Assembly (NCBI RefSeq): GCF_018350175.1
Contig: NC_058368.1
Coordinates: 238,826,001 to 238,890,000, forward strand
DNA length: 64,000 nt
Reading direction: 5' to 3'
Origin: Felis catus
Taxonomy: Eukaryota
The position numbers and the translations under genes were made by a program. The first letter of the stretch is position 1. The number at the start of each line of letters is the position of its first letter. Positions 38,101 to 48,769 of this stretch are shown one piece after another. The notes below the pieces were generated by a model. That model did no database searches and was not told where the DNA came from. It saw only the letters and a list, made by a program, of their open reading frames with translations.

Positions 38101-41100
38101 AAATAGCAAATCCAATCATATTTCTGTATTTGGCAAAAATGCCACTGAAAATAATATTAGTTATTTTATTAACAATAGCATTAACAATAATGAATTTAAC
38201 AAAACTGTAGTAAAGTCTGTACATTGAAAGTTATAAGTCATTGCTGAGAGAAACTGAAGACATTTAAAATAAATAGAAAGATATACAACGTTCATGGATT
38301 GGAACACTCAATATTGTTAAGATAGCATTTCCCCCAAAACCGATCTATGGACATAGTACAATCCCTATTGAATTCCTAGGAGGTTCTCTTTTGTTTTTTT
38401 ATGTGTTTTTTTTTTTTAACCAACAAGCTGATCATAAAATGTACATGGAAATTCAGAGTACCTAGAGTAGCCAGAACAATTTTGAAAAGAGAACAAAACT
38501 GGAAGAATTATACAATCTGACTTCAAAATTTACTAAAAAGCTATAGTAATCAGGTTAGTGTAGTCAATGGAATAGAAATGGAATAGAATAAAAATTCTAG
38601 AAATAAGCCTTCACATTTATGATGGCCAAGGCAATCCTTTGGGGAGAAGTGAAAATTTCAACAAATGGTCCTGGAACAAACCGGATATCCATCGTGAAAT
38701 AAAAATAACACTGTACTGGGAATGCGAGCTGGTGCAGCCACTCGGGAAAATAGTATGGAGGTTCCTCAAAAAGCTAAAACTAGAACTACCCTACGACCCA
38801 GCAATGGCACTACTAGGTATTTATCCAGGGGAGACAGGTGTGCTGCTTCAAAGGGACACATGCACCCCCATGTTTATAGCAGCACTATCAACAATAGCCA
38901 AAGTATGGAAAGAGCCCCAATGTCCATCGATGGATGAATGGATAAAGAAAGTGTGGTATATACAATGGAGTATTACTCGGCAATCAAAAAGAATGAAATC
39001 TTGCCATTTGCAACTACGTGGATGGAACTGGAGGGTATTATGCTAAGTGAAATTAGTCAGAGAAAGACAAAAATCATAGGACTTCACTCATATGAGGACT
39101 TTAAGAGACAAAACAGATGAACACAAGGGAAGCAAAAATAATATAAAAACGGAGGGGGACAAAACAGAAGAGACTCATACATATGGAGAACAAACAGAGG
39201 GTTATGGGAGGGGTTGTGGGAGGGGGGGATGGGCTAAATGGGTAAGGGGCACTAAGGAATCTACTCCTGAAACCATTGTTGCGCTATATGCTAATTTGGA
39301 TGTAAATTTTAAAAAATAAAAAATAAAATTAAAAAAATAATAATACCGTACTTAGGTATCGACTGCCCTGAGACCCAGGTGCTGTCAAGGTCAGACTCTC
39401 CTGGGGCGTCTCCCCTCAGCCCTCCAAGTCCTCAGGCGGCCCCTCCTCTGTGCGCCTCGGTCCTGGCCGCTGCCCGCGTGCAGACCTGCCACAGAAGTCA
39501 GGGCCGCCCGGTGGCCGCATGTGACACATACCCGTCCTGAGCAGGCCCCTTGGCCAGTGTGGACACTGGCTGTGGAGTGCGCTCCCCCACAGACCCCTTC
39601 CCTGGCCCCGGGACCCTGAGGACGTTTGCTCCAAATCGGTAATAACGAATGTCATTTTGTTTAACAATAAGCTCGAGGTTGACCACTCCATCTTGTTTCC
39701 TGTCGTGAACAATCATTTCTTCCCTCACAGGAAATAGCCAGCAGCCTGACTTCGTCTGCCCTCAGGTGAGTCTCTGAGCCTCCTGCAGGTGCTTCCTGCG
39801 TCTCAAAGACTTCACCACGATTCCCGACGAACACGGTCTTTGGTGGGAAACCTTAGGGTACTGTGATGACGTGATCGAAGACAAACCAGTTTCCCTTGAC
39901 GTCACAGACGCGGACAGCCACCCGAAGGGCTCGCTGTACTCCGCTCGCTGGAGCTTGCGATGAGACCTCTCTAGGTTCCTCACAAGTAACGTGAGCCAGT
40001 GCACAGGTGTGAGCGATGCCCGTCTACTTTCTGTCTGTGAGCATGTGCCACGTGCAGAGGGCGCCGCGGTCCATGACCGTGTGCAGCAGAGGCAGGGCTC
40101 TCCGTGTGCCAGGTGGGTGAGCACACCTCGCAGGCCCCTGGGGAGCACACGGCCTCTGCCCCTCCTGTGCCACAGAGGCAGAGAGTGGCCCCTTTCCCAT
40201 CGTGGCCCAGCTTCAAGCGCACATTTTAGAGAGTAAATCAGGTGTAGCGGAGCACCGTGACTACCGTCCCCACGACAAGACGTCGTCTTCTCCTGGAGCA
40301 TGAGTAACAGGAGGCCACACAGCACCCATGTCAGCGAGGTCCGTGCTGTCTCCCCTACATTTCCCTGAGCACACGGTGAGCACAGGCTCCCTCTGTTTCT
40401 GGAAGGATGGTTCTGGGGAACATTTCACAGCTGTAACTGTCTGAATATTGTATCCTCACTTCACAACCTCAGTAACTTTGCACCAAGTGCCCTTTAATGC
40501 ATTTGAAGTGAAATCAAAAAGGGCAAGTTATTTACTTGAATGTCACCCACCACACACACACACACAGACCTCCCGCTCTGGCCCGCAGGGACTGTTGCAG
40601 AAAATGTTTCTTTGGTAACCGAAGAGTTTAGACCCAGTTGAGCAGCTAGCGCTTTAGACACCTTCCGTGGCCTGCTCCTGAGGCCTCACCCGAGTGTCAG
40701 TCCTCGAGGCCCACCCACCAGGGGCCTCCCTGGGACGTCGATCACAGGGAAACCTTGTAGGACTTCATACAACCCGTGTTCCTCGCGGTCGCTGGCAGAC
40801 AAACTTATTGGGAGTACTTCTTCCCGGCTGTTTATCTGTCTAGGGTGTCCGGTCTGCTGGTTATGTACAAATCAGCCAAGCAGTGAACATATGAATAAGG
40901 GGGAGGGTCCATCATGCAGGTGAAGCTGCTTCTGTCTGGTTTTAAAGGCATTTCTGTCGGCAGAAATCCACCGGGTGGCTTGTTTTAGTTTTCCACTGGT
41001 GGTGGAAGCCTGCAGCGTCCTTCTCGCATGAACCTTCTGCGTGTTTACGGCGCGGGACCCCCTCTGGCACTCAGCCTCCAGGAGCTGCCTGCTCCGGAGA

Positions 41101-44100
41101 CTGCAGATAAGAGGGGGCCCCAGCGGGGAGACGTCCACGGGCACCGTGGAGCCTGCAAGGTCCCCACGCACTAGCCCGCCCGGCGAGGGCCTGCCCTGTA
41201 ACGTGCTCCTTCTTCCCCGCTCTGCCCTAGCGGACCCGGGAGCAAGGTGTTCCTGTCGCCATCCGGTGATCCAGTGACTTCACCCTACACTCCACCTTGG
41301 CCTCCGGCACAGAGGACCACCTGCGGTGAAGGTGAGCCTGTGCTCAGATGTAGGGCCTGGGGCTCCCTCCTAAGCCGGGCTCGGCACCATACCTGGATGC
41401 TGGTCGCACTGGTGTTCTGCATTTACTGGGTGCCTGGGCCACTACACAAAGGGCACCGATGGTGTGTGTGGAGCAGGAGGAGAAGCGAGGGCAGATCACG
41501 CTCCTGACGGGGGCCCGTGTGTGTGAGAAGCAGAGTCCCCAGACAGGTGTCCCTAAAACGAGCCTCGTACGTGTGCTCTGGTGCCACGTGCTGGTGATGG
41601 CCACGTGGTAGGTGACACGGACCAGAACGCCCGCTGTGATAGACTCTCAGCAGTGGGTGTTTTCAGGGTGTCCCGTGTAATCCCTTCAACTTTCTGTGTG
41701 TTTGGAGTTTTTCATGACAAATGTTGGGATAGAGAAGGGGTGTGTATAACTGACGGTCAACACAGAGCGTGTGAGCCACACACGGGGTTGAGTGAGGAAG
41801 CCTGCAGGCGATACGCTCATGGCCCCAGGACCGGGCGGGCGGGGTGGCCTGTGCGGCCAGGCAGGAGACACAGGCAGACACAACGTGGTGGCAGTCTCAC
41901 CGGCAGGTGAGTGTAGAACCCGGAAAGGCGGGGCTGTGGAGGGCCCGGCTCCCACCGTCCGTCCTTCTGTGTGCTCCCTTCCAGAGTGGCTCACGGGGCC
42001 ACCCAGCCAGTGGGGCCCGAGTTGCTTCTGTAACAGCAAGAGGCTCCAGACAATGTGCGGGAAGCCTCGGCTTCAAGCTTGACGGCACTTGAGAGGGCCC
42101 CTCAGACCCTGGCGCTCAGCCGCCCATGCACATTCACTGAACTCACACACCCAGCCCCGGGCTGGGGCTTCCTCTCTGCTCATTCTGGAACCCGCGTTTA
42201 ATCCTGACGCCCTGTGTGCCCCACTTCACGCCAGGCCCACCCCTCTGCGGGCGACCCCAAGGCCCGTAGCTCTTAGCAGAGTCCTTAGAGACAAATGGGC
42301 GCCATAAGGCACACTTGGACTTGGGAGTCCACTCTGGTGTGCAGGCGTGACCGGCTCCACAGCCCAGAGTAAGTTCTTTAACCTCCTGGAGTGCCTGGGT
42401 CTCCACGCTTGCAAGATACGCATGGACTCCGTGAGGGGTCCCGAGTCCTGCTGCCGGTGTCCAGCTGGGACTGGTGCTCAGTAAATGGTAACCCCCGTCC
42501 CCCATCATACCTGCTTTGGACTTTGCTGCCCATTAATTATAATCCTCATCTGAGGACACAGACTCATCACTGATCTATGCGTTACCTGCTTCCTAAGTTT
42601 ACTTGGTATTTTATTTATTTTTGGTAACAGATGTAGCATCACCGCCCCCCCGCCCCCCAGAAAAAGGCAGGGTCCTGATGTGGTCAACTTCTGTGTGGCC
42701 CGGCCACGTGTGGTCTGCTTCTGTGTACGTGGCTTGGCCACGCTCTTTGTTCTCATGTTTTCCTTTCACTTCAGTGTTTCACATCATATGTAGTCCTAAA
42801 AAATAGATGCTCACAACACATCGGTTACTCTTTATTTCACAGAAAGGACATAGTGTGTATGTGATGTTTGGAATTTGGGGGAATCACCTTTTCACTTACT
42901 ACCTCTCGGTCAAAACGGTGGTTCCCTGTCCCGGGTGGCCGAGCTCATTTGCCTTCCTTCTGCGACTGCTTCTTGTAACTCGTCCGTCCCCTCTGCTGTG
43001 GGCCAGCAGGATGTGTGCCCCCGTGCGGGTCCCTGTGATGAGCAGCAGGCCATCTCTTCTACAAGGCCAGACTCTTCTACAGGGGTGCTCGGTCTGCACT
43101 CCCGCAGAAGCATATGCATATTCGGAGCCCTCTAGGTCCGTGTTGTCCCCAACACCTGGGACACTGAGTGGTGCGGCTGGCGGCTCACGATCCCTCCCAG
43201 CCTTCCCCTCACCACCGATGGTGCTGAATATGCATTAGCCATGTGAATTTCCTTCTGTCGGAAGTGCTTCCTCTTGTCCTTGGCCCATTTTCCTCCTGGG
43301 CTCTTTCTGCTTTTCTTATAGATTTATTTGTGTGCTTTATATATGCTTGATACAAACGCCTCATTAGTTGGGTGAATTACAGATAGAGTGTCACAGCAAC
43401 TCGACTCCATGTTTAGCTGAACTCAACATTTGATGAGTCAGAGTCACACTCACACTTGTGCATATTTTATGATAATGCTTTTTGGTCTCGATTAATCTTG
43501 AACCCAATCTTCTAAAAGACAGTCATCTATACTTTCCACTGCTAATTTTCAACATTTGATTTTGAGAGTTGAGTCCTCACTCTGTGGGTCATTGGTGTGT
43601 TTAGTGTGAGGTAGGGATCCAGCTTCATCCGTTCCAGGTGGTTTCTGTTGTTCCAGCTGCTTTCGCTAAACATCAGATTGACCTTCTTTCCCCCACTGAT
43701 TTATTTTTTGTATGTCTCGTATATTTTTTATTCCATAATTCCTCCACTACTGCCTTTCTGTATTTAGTTGAATTTGCATACTGTGCCATTGTGATTCCCA
43801 TCTTCTTTCCTTTTGGTTATACTTTTTAGTTACCTTCTTACTGGTTACCTTGGGGATTACAATTAATACCTTAAGCTTATAAGAGTCTAGTTTGAATAAT
43901 ACTACGTTAATTTCAGTAGTATATACTCTGATCCTATACATCTTCCTACCTCTTCCTTTATATTGTTACATCTTTATACATTGTGTGCCCGTTAAGAAAG
44001 ATTCATAATTATTCTGTGAATTGGTCTTTTAAGTCACATAGAGAAGAAGAGGAGTTACAAACCAAAGTACGACAATCCTTGCTTATGTCTCGACCTGTGT

Positions 44101-46879
44101 GGTTACCTTTCCGAGCATACTTTATTTCAGCTACTGTCTAGAGCCTCTGTTTTAGCCTAAAGATCTCCCTTTAGCATTTCTTGTAGGGGAGGTCTGTTGG
44201 TCATGAATTCTCTCAGCTTTTGTTTATCTAAGAACATCTTAATTTCTTCTTTATTCCCAAAATACGGTTTTGTTGGATTTAGAATTCTTGGTCGGCAGAT
44301 TTATTTTCCTTCCAGGACTTGAAAGGTGCCCTCTGGACTCCATGGTTTCTGATGAGAAATCAGCTGTTGATCTTACTGAGGCCCCTTGTACGTGATTAAC
44401 CACTTCTCTCTCAATGCTTTCAGACTCCTCTCTTTGGGTTCTGAGAATCTGGCAGTGCTGTGTCCTGGTGCGAACCCTTCTGAGCTTATCTTGCTTGGAG
44501 TTTGTGGAGCATCTTGGATGTGTAGATCCGTATCTTCCATCGGATTTGGAAAGCGTGCAGGCAGTGTTTCTTCGGATACTTTTTCTCTCTGCCCCCTCTC
44601 TTCTCCTTCTGGGCCTCAGGTCCGCCAGGTGCTCTTCATTTTCCTTTGTTCCATTTTTCTCCCTGGTCCTCACGTTGGAGAATTTCAGTTGTCTTCAGGC
44701 TCACAGATCCTTTCTTCTCCTGCTCTGTTTTGAACTCTTCTAGTGAATTTTTAATTTCACACTTTTCAGTGGCAGAATTTGTTTGGTTCTTTTTTGTAAT
44801 TCTATCTCTTTATTGATTTTCTTTTTTGTTCATTCAGTATTTTCATGACTTCCTTTAATTCTTCACCTTGGCTCATTGAGCACATTTAAGATAACTGACC
44901 TAATGTCCTTGACTACTAATTCAAATGTCTGGGCTTCTTCCAGGAAATTCTGTCAAATTCTTTTTCTCCTTTGAATGGGCCATATTTTCCTTTTTCTCTG
45001 GATGTTTTATAATTTTTTGTTGAGAACTGTATATTCTGAGTATTATAATGTGGTTAAGTCTGGACATCAGATTCTCCCACTGCTTGGGATTGTAGATCTT
45101 TGCTTGTTGAACTATCAGTTTGTGACTCTCCCAAGCTATTTTTGCAAAACATGTATTTGTTGTTGCAAAGTTTCTCTCATTATCTCTGTGGTCAGCCAGT
45201 GTTTTCCGTCAATGTCTGGCTGCAAATAGGGGGACTAAGTGTCCCAGTACATGTCCCAAAGACAGCTACTGCTGCCAAGGGGGCCAGGGCAAGCGAGCCC
45301 TTGTGCCGGCCCCTCGGGACATGACCAGACTAACCAAAAGGCACAGCAGACAAGTTTTGGAGTACAGAGTCCCTACTGCCTGTGCAGGAATGAAGGCTGT
45401 TGGCCTGTAGCCGCAGGAGGACTGAGGGTGGGTTGTTGGCTGCTCTGTTGACACCACTCACTCGGGAGAGTTGGACAGCATCTCTCCCCTGGTGCTGTGC
45501 AGCGTGTCTGGTCTGGCTTCAGAGTCTGGAATAGTTGACCCCAAAGGCTCTCTTTAGCACAGTGGTCACATCTGTGGAGGACCAATCTCTCGTGCTTCCT
45601 GCTCCCCGGCTTTGTCCTCAGGTGAAGGATGCTGATGTGCACTCTGAGAACACGTGTCACCACCTCCCCACAAATCTCTACCCCGCAGGCAGGCCTCCAC
45701 TGTTCCACTGCCTGGCTCTGTTGTGTTTCTGTTTTCATTCTAAGCAAACAGTGTGCTTCCCTGGGGCATCATTTCAGTAATACCTTGATCACCTTTGCTT
45801 CCAAGCACCATCACCTCCTTCTGTGGGTTTTTCTTACACGTCCTGCCTCTACCAGGTTGCTGCCCTCTCCGTGGCCCTCTGTGGCCAGCACCCCCACCTC
45901 TTACCCATCGGAGCCTTGCCCCCACCTCAGCTCCACAACTGCCTCTGTGTTGGGTCCCCTGGGGGCCTGTCCATCTCGACAGCATTGTCCTCACACCTGG
46001 CTTTTCTACAGTCTGTTCCCGTTTGCTTCCTCTTCTTCAGGGAGCCATTGTTCATTGAGGTTCCCCTTTCATTTCCTTCCTATTTAATCTCATTCACGCC
46101 TCAGTTTGTATCTTGACTAATTCTCAAGAGCTGGCTCTGGGAGGAGGACGAAGGCATGTACGGGTTTAAAGATCTCCTAGAGACACTGGACTTGCAGAAC
46201 CTTCTGAGGAAAGTTGTGCACAGCTGCACAGTCCAGTCCCGCCGCACACAGCCCTGTAAGTCAGAAGGAGCGCCGTCCCCGGCCGTTTGGCGAGAGCCGT
46301 GCTCTCCCCTGTCGTCCGTGCAGGGGATCTGAAGTCACCGTCAGCAGGCCCAGTAGCACCAGGGCAAGGGAGAAACTTCCTGCTTTCGGGAGATGGTGTG
46401 AGGGCATTCGGGGCCCCTGGGTAGCCAGGACTCACCACCAGCAAGCAGAGTTGTGCAGAGAAGGTGCCAAGCAAGACGAGGCGGCCTGTGTTGTGTCTTC
46501 CCCCCATGCCAAGGGTCCAAATAGGCTTTGGTGGCCCCCAGGAGACCCTCCTGCTCATCAGGAAAAGCACCACTTGTCTCTGTCCTGATGCGCGTGCAGA
46601 GGGAAAAGCCACCCCCCGCCCCCAGCGCAGCCTCCTCAGCAGCCCCACATACAAGCGAGTGCTCTGAACTCAAGAGGCGAGATGGCCGCCGGTGTCCCAG
46701 AGCCCGTCGTGGCTCCGTCTCCAAAATGTGCTCTTGCCGCTCCGTTCTGTTCCCTTTGGCAGTGCGAGAGATGCCGTGTCACGTGTTTCCTGTTATTTCT
46801 CTGCAGGTCTCAAAGGACCAACAGGAAATGAGGTTGCCTGTGAAAGCAGACAGCGCCGAGGGCAAAGGCCCAGCTTCAG
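14930..46879 (+). CDS. ZDHHC11: ZDHHC11-type DHHC palmitoyltransferase: join(14930-15142,19309-19484,19928-20029,22563-22687,24834-24986,27426-27535,28735-28769,31494-31581,34025-34059,35797-35881,39731-39765,..46807-46879); in-frame TAG at codon 13, so possibly a disabled allele or young pseudogene
   Basis: Junction phases 0,2,2,1,1,0,2,0,2,0,2 are mutually consistent; [17 protein letters not shown]...[12 protein letters not shown], hydrophobic helices, STYE (TTxE motif); follows BRD9 as in human. Confidence 0.9.
15143..19308 (+). other. U12-type (minor spliceosome) GT-AG intron
   Basis: 5' site GTATCCTTC; branch site TTCCTTGAC 19286-19294 about 15 nt before AG; no polypyrimidine tract. Confidence 0.9.
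18558..18601. repeat. (GAGGCN)n hexamer repeat
   Basis: gaggcg gaggca gaggct gaggca gaggct gaggcg gaggcg. Confidence 0.8.
19309..19484 (+). CDS. ZDHHC11: ZDHHC11 coding exon 2
   Basis: [58 protein letters not shown](V); donor GT|gtgagt. Confidence 0.93.
19928..20029 (+). CDS. ZDHHC11: ZDHHC11 coding exon 3, DHHC motif at 19980-19991
   Basis: [33 protein letters not shown](R); ttctag| and AG|gtgagg. Confidence 0.96.
22563..22687 (+). CDS. ZDHHC11: ZDHHC11 coding exon 4
   Basis: [41 protein letters not shown]; ccgcag| and G|gtatgg. Confidence 0.93.
23030..23380 (+). mobile_element. MLT1 (ERVL-MaLR) solo LTR
   Basis: gaccttatttgga...gtgattaag...ccttataagaga...ccagaagctggaaga...ggtcacagcagccctggacactgat. 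Confidence 0.8.
24834..24986 (+). CDS. ZDHHC11: ZDHHC11 coding exon 5
   Basis: [51 protein letters not shown]; ccgcag| and A|gtatgt. Confidence 0.93.
25870..26270 (-). mobile_element. MLT1-like MaLR LTR remnant
   Basis: attagctattg...tctgtgggtca...gcttagctgggtcc...gggctgtggtctcatc...ccagtcatggaagtgac. Confidence 0.65.
27426..27535 (+). CDS. ZDHHC11: ZDHHC11 coding exon 6 (TTxE-type motif STYE)
   Basis: (M)[36 protein letters not shown]; long pyrimidine tract, CAG|gtagcg. Confidence 0.88.
27660..28000. repeat. Degenerate (TG)n tract
   Basis: TG/TGCA-rich run. Confidence 0.85.
28075..28570 (+). mobile_element. Old LINE-1 ORF2 3' fragment
   Basis: catcaaaattaaaaac...ccagaatatataaagaa...aaatgggcaaaagatttgaa...acacccattagaatggcta...cagcaatcccactt. 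Confidence 0.85.
28735..28769 (+). CDS. ZDHHC11: ZDHHC11 35-nt exon 7
   Basis: cccacag|CAA GCA GAT GAC GAC CTG AGT CCA TCT GCA CGT AG|gtaaat; phase 0 to 2. Confidence 0.78.
29000..29720. promoter_or_regulatory. Intronic CpG island with promoter-type motifs
   Basis: CpG-dense among AT-rich L1 debris; CCGGAAGT at 29281 and 29311; minus-strand TTCCCAGAAGCATG near 29500-29514 (ZNF143-like) and AACTAC near 29530; GC box near 29397. Confidence 0.7.
29859..30060 (+). mobile_element. Can-SINE/SINEC
   Basis: TGGGTGGCTCAGGCGGTTAAG head, A tail; TSD aaaagttccatatattgt / aaaaattccatacgttgt. Confidence 0.9.
30676..31085 (-). mobile_element. MLT1 MaLR solo LTR
   Basis: ccacaaatgtagtggcttgaa...gctcagctgggtcc...tttaaggattcgtgtgattgcattggacc...taatcaaggacaatc. 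Confidence 0.75.
31494..31581 (+). CDS. ZDHHC11: ZDHHC11 88-nt exon 8
   Basis: ccctctag|A...CAG|gtgaga; phase 2 to 0; [29 protein letters not shown]; acceptor region resembles that of exon 10. Confidence 0.72.
31772..31801. repeat. (GT)n microsatellite
   Basis: Perfect GT run. Confidence 0.95.
32112..32151. repeat. (GT)n microsatellite
   Basis: Perfect GT run. Confidence 0.95.
32170..33900 (+). mobile_element. Old LINE-1 ORF2 remnant, interrupted by a SINE
   Basis: A-rich L1-like text (aaactgtatttatttgcag, ggatacaaaatcaatata, aaattggaggacttac, atccagaatagataaagaactct). Confidence 0.8.
32939..33147 (+). mobile_element. Young felid SINE (SINEC_Fc-like) with perfect TSD
   Basis: GGGGCGCCTGGGTGGCGCAGTCGGTTAAGCGTCCGAC head, CpGs retained; TSD aacagaggtgcca at 32925-32937 and 33148-33160. 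Confidence 0.95.
34025..34059 (+). CDS. ZDHHC11: ZDHHC11 35-nt exon 9
   Basis: Strong pyrimidine tract, ccacag|GCA GCC ACG GGT GAC CTG CAG CCA CCC TCA CAC GG|gtaggt; phase 0 to 2. Confidence 0.78.
34660..35450 (-). mobile_element. MLT1 MaLR LTR split by an internal minisatellite
   Basis: cagggctgcc...accacaaaacaggtggcttaaa...tctcactgctctggaggctgg...[array]...catctgaaaac...gtgaggtca...ggacactgttcaatcca. Confidence 0.7.
34898..35340. repeat. Minisatellite of 38-42-bp units with a 160-bp higher-order period
   Basis: Unit GAGGGCCTGTC(C/T)TCTTGCACGGACGTGGTCGTCGGGCC; block GGTCACCCCTCTGAAGGCCTACC at 34971 and 35131. Confidence 0.9.
35797..35881 (+). CDS. ZDHHC11: ZDHHC11 85-nt exon 10
   Basis: cccacag|A GTG AAG...ATG|gtaagt; phase 2 to 0; [28 protein letters not shown]. 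Confidence 0.75.
37150..38707 (+). mobile_element. Old LINE-1 ORF2 (reverse transcriptase region) remnant
   Basis: ttctgtgaggccag...ctgataccaaagccagaca...ggaacaaggcaaggatg...gttcatggattggaacactcaatattgttaagat...acaaatggtcctggaac. Confidence 0.85.
38708..39345 (+). mobile_element. Young 5'-truncated felid-type LINE-1 (ORF2 C-terminus, 3' UTR, A tail)
   Basis: [37 protein letters not shown]...[31 protein letters not shown]-rich 3' UTR; A-rich tail. Confidence 0.95.
39731..39765 (+). CDS. ZDHHC11: ZDHHC11 35-nt exon 11
   Basis: ctcacag|GAA ATA GCC AGC AGC CTG ACT TCG TCT GCC CTC AG|gtgagt; phase 0 to 2. Confidence 0.78.
43230..45200 (-). mobile_element. Old LINE-1 remnants including ORF1
   Basis: Minus ORF 44251-44673 contains [15 protein letters not shown], like L1 ORF1p IRLTADFSxETMEAR; T-rich + strand. 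Confidence 0.85.
46807..46879 (+). CDS. ZDHHC11: Probable last or penultimate ZDHHC11 coding exon (entry phase unresolved)
   Basis: tctctgcag|...CAG|gtaaga; one frame reads [15 protein letters not shown], similar to recalled human QQETTEPMKTDSAES. Confidence 0.65.
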
Positions 46880-47527
46880 GTAAGACATCACACAGTGTGG
46901 GAGTTGAGATCCACCCAAGTTTGATTCCCTAAAGAGGAAAACGTTTTCTACAGAAAAACAAGGAGAGGGAGAAATCACCGGTGGGGAGTCAAAGGCTAGG
47001 ATGCTTGTTGTCTCAGTGGCACGGAGGACGAGCTTGGGCTCACGTAGTGTCTGCCGACGGGGCCTGGCGTCCCCGCGCTAGCCCCGCCACCTGCTCTGTG
47101 TGCCCCAAAGCAGCAGGTGCAAGACGTGGGGCTGGACGCCCAGCTGAAAGAGTGCCTGCAAGGTAGGAGCTGGCCCTGGGTGGCGTCGCTGTGGCCGCCG
47201 ATCTGAGCCGTGGACCCTGACGTGCAACGGTGGCCAACCTAACGATGGCACCAGAGCGAGGGCCACGGAGAGTTTGACTAGTGACCGGAACCAAAGGCCT
47301 GATGTGCTCTGTTAGAGGCTCAGACTCCACCACCCGCACGCTGTCTGCCGAAATGCACGGTGATTTTGTTATTCGCTCGCCTGACCCTTCCAGAGTCCTT
47401 CTGAGACGGCCCCACCTCATCTAAGGACATGTTCACCACTCAGCTTTGAAACAACTACCTACCCTTGGCCACGATGACGCCTCCTGCTGCCGCCGTCGCG
47501 TCAGAGCTCACAGTGCAATTCTCCAGT

Positions 47528-47625
47528 GCTCCCGTTTCTAGAAAAGAGGTGGAGGCTGACCTTTCAACACACCCGTGGCCGCAGGCGTCAGTGGCTCCTG
47601 TTTCTAGAAAAGAGGTGGAGGCTGA
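47528..47625. repeat. 32-bp direct repeat, 66-bp spacing
   Basis: gctcc(c/t)gtttctagaaaagaggtggaggctga at 47528 and 47594. Confidence 0.85.
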
Positions 47626-48769
47626 GAGGGTGAGTTTGATTTCTGCGTGATTCCAGAAGGGCCAAAGCTGGATTTTAAGAAACCTAAACTACAAGCAAGT
47701 GGCAAAGTGACAGGGAGCCTGAGCCTCAGGTCTGGGTACGTGGCAGGTTGGCTCCTGAGTGGACTGACGCCACGGGGGCATGCATGTGCACGCCGTCCAT
47801 GTGGGTGTAGGTGCTCGCGGACAGGTAAGAACGAGGGGTCCTCAGCCAGGGACGGAGGCAAAGAGAAAACCCACAGAGAGCCCCGTGGGCACCTGCAGCC
47901 TGTGTCCCAAGGGCCCCTGCCTCCCTGGTGAGCCGGGTTCTCGTGGCCTCTCGGGGGGGAGAGACAGGCCCAAGCTCAGGGCGCAGCCAGAACGGAAGGC
48001 CGATAAGTCATCCTGTAAAATCGGGACCCAAATGGCTACACGCGCACGGCAGTGGTGAGCCCGGAGGAACCCCGTGCTCCGCTCCCACAGGACACAAGAA
48101 TGAACCTTGGAGCCGAAAGGAGCTGAGAAAATCCCCCAACTCCTCAAGCTGAGATTAACGCCAAGTGATTCTGGACCGGCCGTTTGCAGGTGCCGAGAGG
48201 CGCTCCCCTCGCAGGAGCTGGGAAGATACCAGCCGCGCTCATCCCACGTGGCCACGCCCTCACGGAGGCCAAGGCCACCACAGAAACAGACACACGTCGG
48301 GAGTTGGGCTCGAGGACCAAATGCAAAGTAACTGTGGTTGTTGTTTGGGGAAACAACAGGCAAAGGGAAAAACATCTGAAGAGAACAGAAAACTTGTTTA
48401 AATCGCACGTGTATTTGAAGAGAAACCAAATGAAACTCAGAGCTGCAGAAAATACCACTGACGTGGGGCGGCTGACTGAGGGTTTTGCAGCACGCGGGTC
48501 ACAGTTGGGGTTCGTGAGCTCGAAGCCGGAACTGGAGAAGTTACCTGACACCCGAAGACCGGACGACAGGCGGAGAGCGCGACCGGAGGTGGGGCTGGGG
48601 TCTGCGGTGTGAGCGGAGTCCCCGGCAGGGAGGGGCGCTCGGGGGGCAGCGTGCGAGGCAGCGGGGCTGAGGGCCCTGCGCTGCAAACCCGCACGCACTC
48701 GGGTCCGATGAGTCCAGGAACGGCAAGTGAGACTGTAGCTGTGTCGTGAGCAAGCTGGCGCACTCCAGA

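Noticed and set aside
38639..39120. ORFs with clear protein similarity
   Set aside because: Frameshifted LINE-1 ORF2 C-terminus, not a host gene
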